From NCBI GenBank assembly GCA_050084515.1, contig CM114271.1, forward strand, positions 7,998,001 through 8,062,000: a stretch of 64,000 bases of DNA. The letters are read 5' to 3'. The position numbers and the translations under genes are program-made. The notes beneath the pieces are model-generated. The model ran no database searches, was not told the DNA's origin, and was given only the letters and a program-made list of their open reading frames with translations. Positions within the stretch are counted from its first letter, which is position 1; each line of letters begins with the position of its first letter. The DNA comes from Blasia pusilla. Lineage: Eukaryota. Positions 49,026 to 61,476 of the stretch are shown here, one piece after another.

Positions 49026-51843
49026 ATCAAATGTACATTTCCGAGCTTTGCTCGGATGTAATAAAGGACACAAAGTTTTGGAACTATGATGGTTTTTGTA
49101 AACTTATGCTAAATTGTTTTTTATTCTTGTCGATTGTGTTGGTCTATCTACTCGAGGATGTTTATTTTGCAACCTGTTGGATTTCGTAGGGTTGCAACTT
49201 GTCACAATATTTTAAACCCCTTGCAGGCAACTTGTTGGATTCCGACAAGTTGGCTGCTTGAGTGATCCCACTTTTTTCTTGTTAGTCCAACTTTTCAGGC
49301 ACTTTGGCAAGCTTCTTCACTTTTGCCTCATTCCCCCATTATCGTCACACCATTCTTCTCAAACACGGTATTTTAGAGACGTTTACACCATTCCGCAATT
49401 TGTTGTGGTGTGCTTGCTTGCAAGGGGTGCAACCCATCGGATTTCGACGGGTTGGAAGGGGTGCAACCTGCCGGATTCTGACATTTAGGGTCTGAATGAA
49501 GGGACATGGATGCATCAGTTCCTCTTTACTCTTGATAGCTATCAACCTTTTGGTTCAATTGTTCTCTCAGTCTCATCACATTTTCTTCTTGATGCATACA
49601 TTTCTTAGTGGCTGAGAGAATGGTGAAACCAAATTGTCAAACGCATAGCACTCCATGGTATACTTTATGCACCCATTCATGAGCCAACATCATCCAATGC
49701 TATCATGAAAGTCTTTGGCTACCATCAGTGATGAGTGATTTGTTCTCTTTTGGAAAAAACCCCTCATGGATGAGTATTGATTGGATGGGATATTTAATGC
49801 AAGAAGAGTCAACAATCCATAATGTTAACCACATCTTCAGAGAAGTTAAACCTTGAAGGGCATAGGAGTCTATTGAGACCATAGTTAGAGTCTTTATTTG
49901 AACCTTTCATTGTTATGAAATTGCTACTTCGGGTCAAATTATTTGCCGATGGTCCTCCCACATTAATACCCCTCATCCCGACTTACTGTAGAGCTGGCTT
50001 AGACAGGCAATGTGAAGAAAATTGGGCTCACATGGAGAGTGATGGAAGGATGTTTTTAGTGGTCTTATGATGTCTACTTGTTCTTGCAAGCCTGGAAAAA
50101 AAAGGTTACTTTAGGCCCGAATGTGATCCACTTACTACTCTCTTCTAAAGATTTCATGAATTTGAAAGAATTTATTTTTTTTCAAAAATGTCAAAAAGTT
50201 TTGAAGAGAGGAGGCGGATTTTGCCCTTTTTTTTAAGAGAGACTCTCCTCTCTTCCTCTCTCCTACCAGAATACCATTTTTGTTGATTATCAGGCACTGA
50301 ATAAAGTGATGGTAAGGAACAACTATCCTCTTCCGAGGATGGATGACCTCTTTGATCGATTGTCACATGCCAAGTATTTCAATAGGATTGACCAGAAGTC
50401 AGGAGATTATCACATTTGGATTGCCAAAGCGGATGTGGAGAAGATTGTTTGTAGGATGAGATATGGTATGTTCAAGTTTGTGGTAATGCCTTTCGGTCTC
50501 TGAAATGAACCTCCAACATTCACCACTTTGATGAAATCCATCTTTCATAAGGAGATGGATGAGTATGTGATCATCTACATAGATGACATATTGATCTATT
50601 GAAAGTCACTAGAGGAGCACGCTTAACATTTGAGGACGGTGTTTACAAAACTTAGGGCGAACAATCTGTATGCGAATGTGGGAAAAAGTGAGATTGGTTT
50701 GACCAAGATCAAGTTCTTGGGTCATGTGGTTAGTGCAGATGCAGTGAGTCCAGACATGAAGAAGGTAAGCACGATTGCCGAATGGGAACCGCCTTCCACC
50801 GTGAAGGGCATGAGGAGGTTCATCGGAGCAGTCCAATTTTACCAAACTTGCGTGAAGAAAATTTTGCAAATAGCAAAAGCGCTCACAGGTTGGATTGCAA
50901 AGTTTTCCAACACTATATGGACCCAAGGGATGGATAAGGCATTCAATTGAGTCAAGGAGATCCTCTCGCATGAACTAGTTTTGAAGCTTCTAGAGTTCGA
51001 CAAACCGTTCGAGATGCATATTGATGCTAGTGATTTCACGATTGCAAAAATGTTAGTGCAAGAAGGGAGACTTGTAGCATACGAGAGCAAGAGGCTTAGC
51101 AACACCAAAAGAAGATGGCGCACTCACAAGAAAGAGTTTTTTGCGGTGGTTCGTTGTTTGAGGAAGTGGCGTCACTATTTGGGACTTCACAAGACTCGAG
51201 TATGCACTTATAACATTTTGCTCAAGTATTTTGAGACCAAGGATCGCGTGACACCGAAGAAACTCTTATGGCATGATACCTTGGCGTTGATGAATGTGGA
51301 GCTAATCCACAAGCCTCGGAAAGAAAATGTCATACCAAATGCATTGAGTCGTAGGGATGAGCATATGCCATCGACAACACGAGTCTTGAGAGCAATGTTC
51401 CCAAAAGAAACAGGCCTAGAGAGAAGGATTCGTGAAGGATGCATAAGCGAGTGAGTACTTAAGGAGGTTGAAGTAGGGCGAGAAGGTGGCCAACATAAGT
51501 TTGAGGCATGGTTTGCTAAGGTTTAAGTAGAGCACGATCCAAGGCAAGCTACGGACTAAAGTGTTAGTGGAATGTCATGACGGACCTTTGGCATGACACA
51601 AAGGGGAGAAATCCACGCTTGTTGTTTTGACCAAGAAGTTCTTCTGGCCCAACATGAAAGAAGATATCGCTCAGTATGTGAAGACTTGCGTGACCTATTA
51701 GGCAAACAGAGTTTCTTATGCGAAGAAATGTATAAGGCATACTTTGTTCTTTTCCGATTCTAGAGGAACCCTTGCAGAGTGTAAGCATGGATTTCATTAC
51801 GAGTCTTCCGGAATCTGAGGGATACAAAACTATACTTGTGATA

Positions 51844-53219
51844 TGTAATACCCACTATTTTGATTTTTTTTTATTTTTAAGCTTTTGTTGCATAGAATCG
51901 AGTTCTATACAACAAAATCCGTTTATTCTATGGACGAAGCTTGAGGATTTCCAATTTGGTGAAAACTGTGTATCTGTAAAGGAACAAAGATATTTTTCCA
52001 AATATGGAGTATTATGGTGTGTTGACAATTGATTGGAGAGAAGTTCTAATGAGGGAAAAAAGGAGGTTGGAAGATCGGGGACTTGTTTTGAAGAACGAAA
52101 ATTTTTGGAAAGAGTAGATTAAGTAAAGAAATAAATGCCGCGCTCCGTAACGAAGACCTTTTGTTCTCGCGGTGAAGGCCTGTCAAGCAAGAACTGCCAA
52201 CGAAGACTGTGAAAGACTGCAAAGCTTATCAAAAGTCAAAGCGCTTCCTAACAAGATAAGAAGAAGAAGAAGAAGAGGACGAAGTACTTTGCAGCGAAGC
52301 AGTTATGCACAAGACAAAGAGCAAAGCACTTCGCTACCCCATAACAACACAAGTTGGAAACAAATTCATAGAAAAGGAAGACCTTCCAAGAATCCAAGGG
52401 CACGCTGTTAGAGTAGTTAGGCTCAAAAGAGACGTATCGTTTTAGGACATATAGGAGGGTATGATTGTTAGAGCCAGCGGATTCATAGGGATGATAGACA
52501 AAGCAAACAAAAGCGTAGATTAAGTAGTTATAGGGCTTTGAACATATATCGATAAAGAAAGAAGCGCTTCACATCTCAAGAACCTCTGAACCTTGGAGCA
52601 ATATTTAAAGAACACGAGAGTAGATAGAGGTATCATTCTCCTATGACGTTTCTATTTTGTAGGAATGGTCCAAGCGAGAGAGAGTACCCTCTTGCACTTA
52701 TAACTCTACTGAAGCCCCCTGATCTTTGATGGAATAACGGATTCGATTTTCTTCATTCTCATGTGCAGTGTCTATGCATGGTTCTATTGGGTCTGCAGAG
52801 TGAAGAGAGACTTATGGTGGACTCACTCAAGAAAGAATGGTCAGTAGGATAGATGTATGAAATGTGTTTGACAAAGAGTAACCTACCTTGATGGATTAAT
52901 TCCGATAGTAGGATGAGCCATCCATTTTCTGAGTTCTCTCTGAGGTTCTTCCGTGTTTCATTGAGGTCCCAAGCAAAGAATTCTTTCTTACTCCACTAGA
53001 GAAGATACTTCAAAGGAAGCAATTGTATTTGGTAGTGAGAGAAAGTTATGATTGTTAATCCATATTCCAAACTCAAGGACAATTTCATTGTTTATTCACG
53101 TAAGTTACCATTTGATTCTCTTTTAAAAAAAAATTGAACCTTATGGTTGCTCTTGTTGGGGAACGAGCTATATACTATTCACTCAAAAGATAAAAATTTC
53201 TATTTGATTGTACATTACA
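51844..53219. mobile_element. Solo LTR, family Y (1376 bp), inserted in the gypsy integrase
   Basis: TGTAAT...ATTACA termini, 5-bp TSD TGATA/TGATA; integrase frame resumes after it. Confidence 0.92.
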
Positions 53220-56200
53220 TGATAGTTGATTGGCTTAGCAAGTTGAGGAGGTTTGTGCCAACAATAGATTCCGGGACGGCCTACACGAGTTCTTGAGTGT
53301 TCCTAGATGGATGGTGGCAAGCTCATGGGTTGCCTAGGAGCATTGTATCTGACCAAGATCCAAAGTTCACCAATGCCTTTTGGAAACACCTATTCAAAAG
53401 GTTCAGGACCAAACTGAGCTTTAGTTCCGCCTTCCATCCTCAAACGAATGGGCAAACGGAAAGAGTAAACTTGGACATTAACCAACTTTTAAGGAATTAT
53501 GTGAATGCGGACCAGCAAGATTGGGCAAGTTGGCTAAGCATGACTGAGTATTGTTACAACTCGACCAAGCATTATGCAATTGGAGAATCTCTGTTTCTTC
53601 GGGCGTTTAATTGATAACTAGAAAGGCCTCTTGACTTGGCCCTTTTGAGGGGTGCCACATCAGCACACACGCGTCAAGCAATGGCATAAAGTATGTTAGT
53701 GGAGATGCAAGAATGACAAGAATAAGCGAGTAGATACCAAATCAATCTTAGTCTTTCCAAGGCTCAACCAAGATACGTTAAGCATGCTAACAAGAGTCGA
53801 CGCCAAGAATATTGGATTATATATGATCAAGGCAAAGCTATTTGAGGATGTGCATACATTGGAGTTTCTAGAAGAGTTCAAGATTCACCCGACTTTCCAT
53901 ATGTCATTATTGAAGAAGTGTCTTCAAGACAATGTGCGTCTGGAGTGGAGAATGGTGTTGAGACTACAACTTGTCATCATGAATGAGGAACCAGAGAGGT
54001 GGAAACCATTTTGCATTCCAGACGTATAGAGGTGGATCAACCCCACCAAGCACTATAGGTGTTACTGGGAGTGGACCAAGGGAGAAGGAAGGGAGTCTTG
54101 TAAGTTAAATCTCCTTATGTTTGTATTATTTTACTACATTAGAATGTTTGTAATTGCATTGAGAGCTTCTCATAATACGATGTATTGACTCTCCTTGGTT
54201 TGTATGTATGAAAACTAGTAGGAAGTAGATGCAACAATAGGTTGGAGGACTAAAGAGCTGGAACAAGAAACAACAGCAACGAGTGAGAGCCTTTTCATGG
54301 GGGCTGGTATTCTGGCACGAGAGAGGAAGAGAGGAAAGGAGAGTCTCTCTTAAAAAAAAGGGGCCAAATCCTTAACCTCTCTTCAAAACTTTCTTCAATA
54401 TTTGAGGTTCAAACCCTACTTCAAATGCAAGAAATTTTTAAAAGAGAGTAAGAAGTGCATAACTTTGGGGGAAAAATATCCATATTTTTTCAAACCAAGA
54501 TGTGACAATGGAAATGTTAACATCAACAATCAATCATGAAAGTCAATGAGAGCTCATCATCCCTTTCCAACTAGAGAGACCAACCACCCATTATCAATGA
54601 ATTTATAGGTGGACTTTCGGATTTGTAGGGAAAAATAGGGAAGATGAAGTATGACAGAGCAAACAAAGTAAAGGTGATTTGTGGCAACATACTCACAGAA
54701 ATAAGCAGAGTTCGCTTACTCATATGAGAAGAGGTATGTGATATGTCAACAAGTAGTCATGAACTTAAAGGAACTCGGGTGCACTTGGCCATGGAGGCGA
54801 CTAGTAAACTCCTAGTTGCTCTCTCGTAATCTGCCTGTGCCTCCTCGTAGAGTGCAAATAGTTTTTTCCTCTTCCCCTTTAATGGAAAAATGTTTCTTCC
54901 ACTCTGCCATACCGCTCTAACATTCGCCCAATAAAGTTTTATTCTCATAATCTAGAGAGGCCTATTCTCATAATAGTTGGTGGCTTCTGCTCCGACGGGT
55001 TGCATCAACATTTGTTCAGAAACCTCTTCTCGTATGAGTTGGTGGCCCTCAGATGTAGTCCTTCCCAGGCTTCCTCCAAACATGCAACCCATTGGAAATC
55101 GACGAGTTGCAATAGCAGGAAATCATCTGGACTAGCTACATATCAGATATCGATAGGTTGCATGAGAGAATTGAGATTCATAAGGATAAAAGAATAATAA
55201 AAGAATAAATTATCAAGACGTTCCATGTTTCAAAATTGCTCTTACTCGTGACATAACGTTGGTAGGTACGAACAAATTGAAAGAGTGAAGTCATATGAAA
55301 TTCACAACAGTGAGTAATCTGGACCTGCAACTTTTTGGAATCCGACAAGTTGAATGACATCATGAAAACAAAAAAGGCTCTGGAGGAGACCTCCATTGGT
55401 TGCATCCAGACAAGCAATCCATAAAAAATTGACGGGTTGCAATAGCAGGCAATCATCCAGACCTGCAACATGTTGGATTGTGACAAGTTGCATGATAGGA
55501 TCGAGATTAAGGGTTAAAAAAAAGGCATGTTATGAAGACCTATCTTGTTTCAAGAGAGTTTTCACTCGTGACATAACCTAGGTACGAAAAAAGATATAGA
55601 GGGAAGGGTCCCAAAAATTCATAATAGTCAGTCCTCACATGCAAATTATCGGAATCCGACAGTTTGAATCACATCAAGAAATAAAAAAGGGCTAAAAAGG
55701 AGAGCTTCACAAGCTGCATCGAGAAATGCAACGTGTCGGAATCCGACGAGTTGTAGGACACGTCAACATCGCTAGAGGAGAAGTGCCTATCATCCCGTTG
55801 TAAATATCGCAAGACATGAGAATTTATGTCAAGGTCTGCAAATATCGCAAGACATGCAAATTTTTGCATACATCTTCAGTCATCCAAGTTCCATTTTTGG
55901 CTTGCAACCTGTTGAAGTCCGACCGGTTGTAAGATGAAAAAAAATATCCATTAGAGATTACCAGAACAAAGGAGAAATAAAAACACGGACCATTCAAGTC
56001 AATTAGGAAAACATTACAGAAAAATCCGAGGGGGAAGAAATAAGAAGAGAATAAACAATGTCAACTCTTACAACCTGTCGGAATCCGACAAGTTGCAAAC
56101 TTGGTCCCTGGTTTGCAACCCGTCTGAATCTGACAGTTTGAAAACTTGGTCCCTAATTTGCAATCCGCTAGAATCTGATGGGGAATCAAAATGAAGACCG

Positions 56201-56348
56201 TCCAGTAGAGAAATCAAGAAAGAATCAAGAACGAGCTTGACCAAACACAAAAGCACCAAAATTGAGAAAACACTTTAGGAACCATCGGTGTTCAGAAACT
56301 ATAAGTCCTTTACTACATCCGAGGGAAACTCATAAATTTACATTTGAT

Positions 56349-59300
56349 CTAGTCTATGATTTCTTCATCCTCATCATCTACAAATTTACTCCTAACTCTC
56401 CTGGGTTCCTATACAAAAGGAATGTCTTGGGATACAAGTGGCTCCTCTAGCCAATTGTAGATGGGGAATGTAGGGGAATTCGAGAGCCCAACCATCCCCC
56501 TAAGTACACCATATTGGTCCCATGTGTGATGATTTGTGTCCAAACACCTTCCCTCACAATAAATCTTGTATGTTGTGCAAGGTGACACCCATCCAATATC
56601 AATATGAGCTTCGCCGTTGAAACCACTAAATCCCAACTCCAAAATGCTTCAATCAATTAAACCCGATAAATCTTTTCAACTCACTTGTCGTCGCTCAAGA
56701 GCCCTTCCAAAATAACTTTCGGCCTTGCCCTCATGATTTTCAGAATTGCAGGAAGTGATGATGGTTTCATTGCCAATGGCACTGTTGGTAGAGCACTTGG
56801 ATTTGGAGGCGAGTTGTAGACTCCCACCAGCCTCTCGTAATCTGCCTTTGCCTCTTTGCAAAGGTCAAAAATTTCAGGCCTTCCCTCAAGGTAGAGAATG
56901 TTCTTGCTACTCTGCCAAGCGCCGTTGATACTTGCCCCTAGTAGGCCTACCAAGTCTAAGACCAAGTCACCCGGCCTTGAGCAGAACTTCATGAGCGTCT
57001 GCATCAGGGCAGGTGACTTCTCCCTTCCTCCAAGTAAGGGGATCCCTTCCTGCATGAAAATTCCCAAGGGAGGGGGGGATTATAAAGACAATCTAATGTG
57101 TACCCACTCGAGCATGGATCAACTGGATCCGGGATCTCAAACACTTGGAAGTTGCACTCCGGTCCCACAAAGCAGTAGACATATGAGTGCTCCATCTGTG
57201 AACAAGACAGGTGCAAAACATTGTCAGCTTAAAGGTGGAATAATCCTACAATCTCCTGGAAACCGATGGGTTGCTCTCCAAATAGTGATACAATCTATAG
57301 AGCTCGCTGATTGCTCATTAGCCTAGAAAGAAGAGCAACCCGTCGAAGTTTGACATGTTGCTCTACAACTTAGACAAAAACTTGCATGCAACCCGTCGGA
57401 ACCCGATGGGTTGCAAGTAGAATTGTGCCTTACCTATAAGAAACCCGTTGCTCTTTGACGGGTTGCACTTCATGTCACTACTGTCATTATCTATCTCCGC
57501 TGACATGCAATCCCTCAGAATCCGACAAGTTGCATGCCTGAACTTACTGTCTAAAATATGGAAAAAAAATCCAAAACCAACAACTTGGAACTTACCCGGA
57601 CTTGATTTGTAGCCGATCTCAATGGTTACCCATTTTTTATCACTTATAATTGTGCCGTTTGCCACTTGAGCGACCTCTTCACGCATTGAAGGTTGAACAA
57701 CTTGTCTTTTATCACTTCAATCATCACCAAGAAACACCCCCTGTCACGTAGATATGCGTCCACAAAAGAAAACATGAGAGCGATCTGGTCATAGGAAAGT
57801 GGGATATTCTAGTCTCGGACAATGTCAGCTGGATTGTCGTCCCACAAAAAAAATCCATAAGGCAAATCTGCAATGAGGAGGTCCACCGCCACCGCCTCAA
57901 CAACCCCATGGACCGTCCATGGGATGTGCCCATTTTGGAGAAGTTTACGCCCTAGCACGGTCAACTTCTCAATGGCGATTGTCAACTCATGCGTAGAAAA
58001 ACTCTACAATTCATCCACAAGATAAGTCTCGTGGAGAAGGACACTTATCTTGCTTGTTGTTTCCCAATGCTTGCCCAAGGATGATGGAGTGTATTCCACA
58101 TCCTTATGTCCTCCCTCGGACAATCTTGGCGCCTCCCGCTTTTGCTTCTCGCGAGTTTGTTGTCTACTTGTTGGTGTCTTGGTTACCTCATACTCCACAG
58201 GCATTTTCTTGGACGAGGACCTTATCCATCCCTCTTGCCTTGAAGACTCGACCTCGGAATGCCTTGACCCCTTCGCATTGGCTTTCGAGCCCACAGTCAT
58301 TTTTTTCCTTTGTGGTGATTACCTTGGACACCAACGTAGCTATCACGATGGCTTGCTCCTCCGCATCTCCTTCGAAATATTTGTCACTCTTCACAATTTT
58401 GGGGATGTCGTCCCTGCTAGCGACGACTCCATCATACACCACATGCAAGTTCCTGTCTATCATGTCCTCCAAGTTGTTGGAGTCCAACCAGATTGGACAA
58501 TTCAAGACCTCCCACTCGGAAATATCATGCCCCATCTCCATGTCGTACATGAAGAAGCCCAAAATTTTCCCACAATTTGCCAGGGAGAAGCCCACAATTT
58601 GCATGCTGTCGGATATTTGCCCCAGGTTTGTGCATTCACACAATAGATGAGCTACCTGTATACCATCCGCTGGGCAGCTCTTTGCCGGGATGACTCGGCC
58701 GCCTATTTCTGAAGATCCCGCTTCTTCTTTGTAAAATCCCATTTTCTCGCATCTATTTCTTCGTCCATATCGGCATGTGGGAGGATGTGATTCTTGAACA
58801 TCCTCCGAAAGCTTGGGTTTTTCACCAACTTATCCTTGATGTCATCAAGCCACAATTCATAATCTTGTGCAGCCTCCAAGTTGGCCTCTTCTGGAGCTGG
58901 CTCAATCTTTTTGAGCTCCGCTTGTAGACCCACAATCATTGACTTCCTGAGAAGCCATAGTGCATCCGAGAAGGACCATTCTCTAAGCCAATGGGAGATA
59001 ACTAGGTCTCATACTCCCGGAGGGTGGTGTGCCGCCCGCTTCTGCGCCTGAGTCCCCTCGAGACTGATTATCATCAGTCGGATCCGCCTAAACTCGGATA
59101 TCCCGGTAAGCGCAATCCAGCAAGACTTTCTCTCCAAGTCGACCCTGTAGGTATTCATCCCTCTTCCGCTGGCATTGGAGTATCGCCTTCAACTCCTTGT
59201 AGAACTCTTGGCCAAGTTTGGGGTTGAGGATTGCAATGTAGCATTGTATCTTGCTCGTAGTGTACTTTGTGGCTACAGACACGACAGCCTGAATGAAATT

Positions 59301-59420
59301 TGCCCGCTCCGACGCCGAGACATTTTCCCTTTGCTCCAGTTCCAATGTGGTGCTCTTCTTGCTTGCTTGGTTCTTGGACCATGAGAGAATCGTGACCACT
59401 GCATCTTGGGAGATTAAGGT
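56349..59420 (-). pseudogene. Amino-methyltransferase-like cargo gene, copy 3 (5' part deleted; best-preserved MTase motifs)
   Basis: VDLLIADLPYG (57886-57854); GGREKSPALMQTLMKFCSRPGDLVLDLVGLLGASINGAWQSSKNILYLEGRPEIFDLC (56681-57067). Confidence 0.82.
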
Positions 59421-59613
59421 ATTCACCGAGGACTCGTTTGAGAACGAAAAGCTCCAACTGAAATCACGGAATGAAAAAAATAATGAGCACAAGTTGTGCC
59501 TTATATAGTTTTTGAGTTGTTGAGATTATCGCCAACACTTGACACGTATAAGATATCTCAACACCAAACTCTCATTTGAGATATTTGTATAAGATATCTC
59601 AAAAACTCCATCA

Positions 59614-60044
59614 GGCACGGGATGGAACGAGAGTTTGGTGTTGGAACTTGAAACCCAAACGTGATCCAAGGGAGTGGACTTTGTTCGCCACACTTGGATT
59701 CCGACCCGAGATTCACTTTATGTGAGTCTCAGTTAGGGACTCATTGGATGTCCATTGGACAGTTGGAATTGCCAGGCGCAAAATGCCGTTTGAGGTCCCT
59801 CAACCGACCAAAAAGTATGTCCCAAGTCTTTCGAGACTTGCTCGTGTTGTAAACCGCGAAATAAGGAAGGTTGAGCTTGATGAGAGACCAAGACGAGAAC
59901 TCGGAAAGTTAGCTTGCTTATTGATCCAAGACCCGACTAACCAAAGTGCGTGTTTGGATGCAGATCAACGTTCAGAGCATGACCTATTGAACGCAAGCTT
60001 CCGCTACAACAAGATTAACGTTCAAGGAGAGTAGGCGCATGACA
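59614..60044 (+). mobile_element. Partial LTR, family X, in MULE copy 3
   Basis: Matches ~35085-35517, ends GAGTAGGCGCATGACA; no PBS follows. Confidence 0.85.
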
Positions 60045-61476
60045 GTTACGGTGCTTTGCACATGGGAAATGAATGCAAGGTCCCCACGCAACCTGTCGAA
60101 GTCTGATGGGTTATACTATTCCCTCATCATAGGAAGACGATACAAGGTGTCCGTGCAACTCATCGGAGTCTGATGGCTTGCACATTTCCCTCATCATAGG
60201 AAGATGATGCGAGGTCGCCGTGCAACCTGTCAAAGTCTGACAGGTTGCAAGGAAGAAGCGGCCATCATGCAACCTGACGGAACCAGATGGGTTGCACGGG
60301 CAAGGGGTTTGGACCAAGAATCCCCTGCAACACGACACACTCCAACATTTAGCACGGGGTCCATGGATCCTAGAGGGCCATCATCGTCGTATAACCTGTC
60401 GAACTCCAACGGGTTGCAAGCACGAAGGTGGCCAACAAATTGCACGTTGTCGGATTTGGACGGGTTGTTGTCATCGTCAAGACTTCCTGAGACCCCATGC
60501 AACCCTTCGGACTCTGAAGGATTGCAGAAGGGTCAAGATCAGACTGGGCCATCCTCGGGGTCGGCGAGGAACATAAGGAGGGGTTGCGACAGAGAAACCC
60601 ACCCCGGCTATCCGCGTGCAACTTGTCGGACTCCGACGGATTGCACTAAGGAAATCTTCTTCACTTTCTCACCCACCATTATGAATGCTACCACTAGTTT
60701 GAACCCACTCAGATTGCAACCTGACAGAACCCGACAGGTAACATCCAGACGGATTCCAAAATTTTGCAACCTGTCGGACTTCAAAAGCTTGCAACTTGTC
60801 GGAGCCATAAAATTTGCATGTAGACGGATTCGAAAATTTGCAACCAAACGGATTCTCAGGATTTGCAACCTGTCGGACTCTAATGGGTTATAACTTGGCG
60901 GAGTCAATCAATTTGCAAGTAGACGGATTCCGAAAATTTGCAACTTGGTGGATTCTTAGGGTTTGCAACCTATCGGAATTCGACGGGTTGCAACTTGGCA
61001 CAGTCAGAAAATTTGCAAGTAGACAGATTCCAAGAATTTGCAACCAAACGGATTTCAAGGGTTTGCATCTTGTCGGACTCTGACGGGTTGCAACTTGTCA
61101 AAATCCAACAAGTTGCAACCATAAGGATTCCCAAAATTTGAAACATGTCGAACTCTGACGGGTTGCAATTAGTCGGAATCCGACGGGTTGAACTACCCTC
61201 ATGAATGGCCAAACTGAGGAAATCAAAACAATCGAAAAAAATTCAACGTGTTTAATCCCAAGGGTAATTTATTTATAATGCACTTTCATTGGTCCAGACA
61301 GCGATAAAAATTTCACCTACCAACCAACAACTTGTCAAAAAATTTATGTCAAAAGTTTAACGATCACTATTCACTATAAATTAAACATTCTCATTCTTAT
61401 TCTTATTCTCCTACCAATGGAATCATTGCTTCTATCATCTCCAAATGGATAATTATGTGAAACTCACATATGGCAG

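Larger units (their letters stand above)
37591..50280 (-). mobile_element. Mutator-like MTase-carrying transposon, copy 2 (complete boundaries, 12,690 bp)
   Basis: Perfect 9-bp TSD TGTTGATTA at 37582-37590 and 50281-50289; removing the insert restores the RT frame C-V-D-Y-Q-A-L-N-K. Contains divergent transposase and MTase-like genes. Confidence 0.93.
34748..54030 (+). mobile_element. Ty3/gypsy retrotransposon (family X LTR, probably chromovirus-type), split by MULE copy 2 and a solo LTR Y; no 3' LTR seen
   Basis: Partial 5' LTR 34748-35517 ending CATGACA; PBS TGGTATTAGAGC (35520-35531, iMet-like); gag knuckle ICYNCGECEHM; protease [28 protein letters not shown]...YIDDILI; RNase H IDASDF...NALSR; integrase SMDFITSLP...IVSDQDPKF..HPQTNGQTERVN; IHPTFHMSLLK tail. 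Confidence 0.92.
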
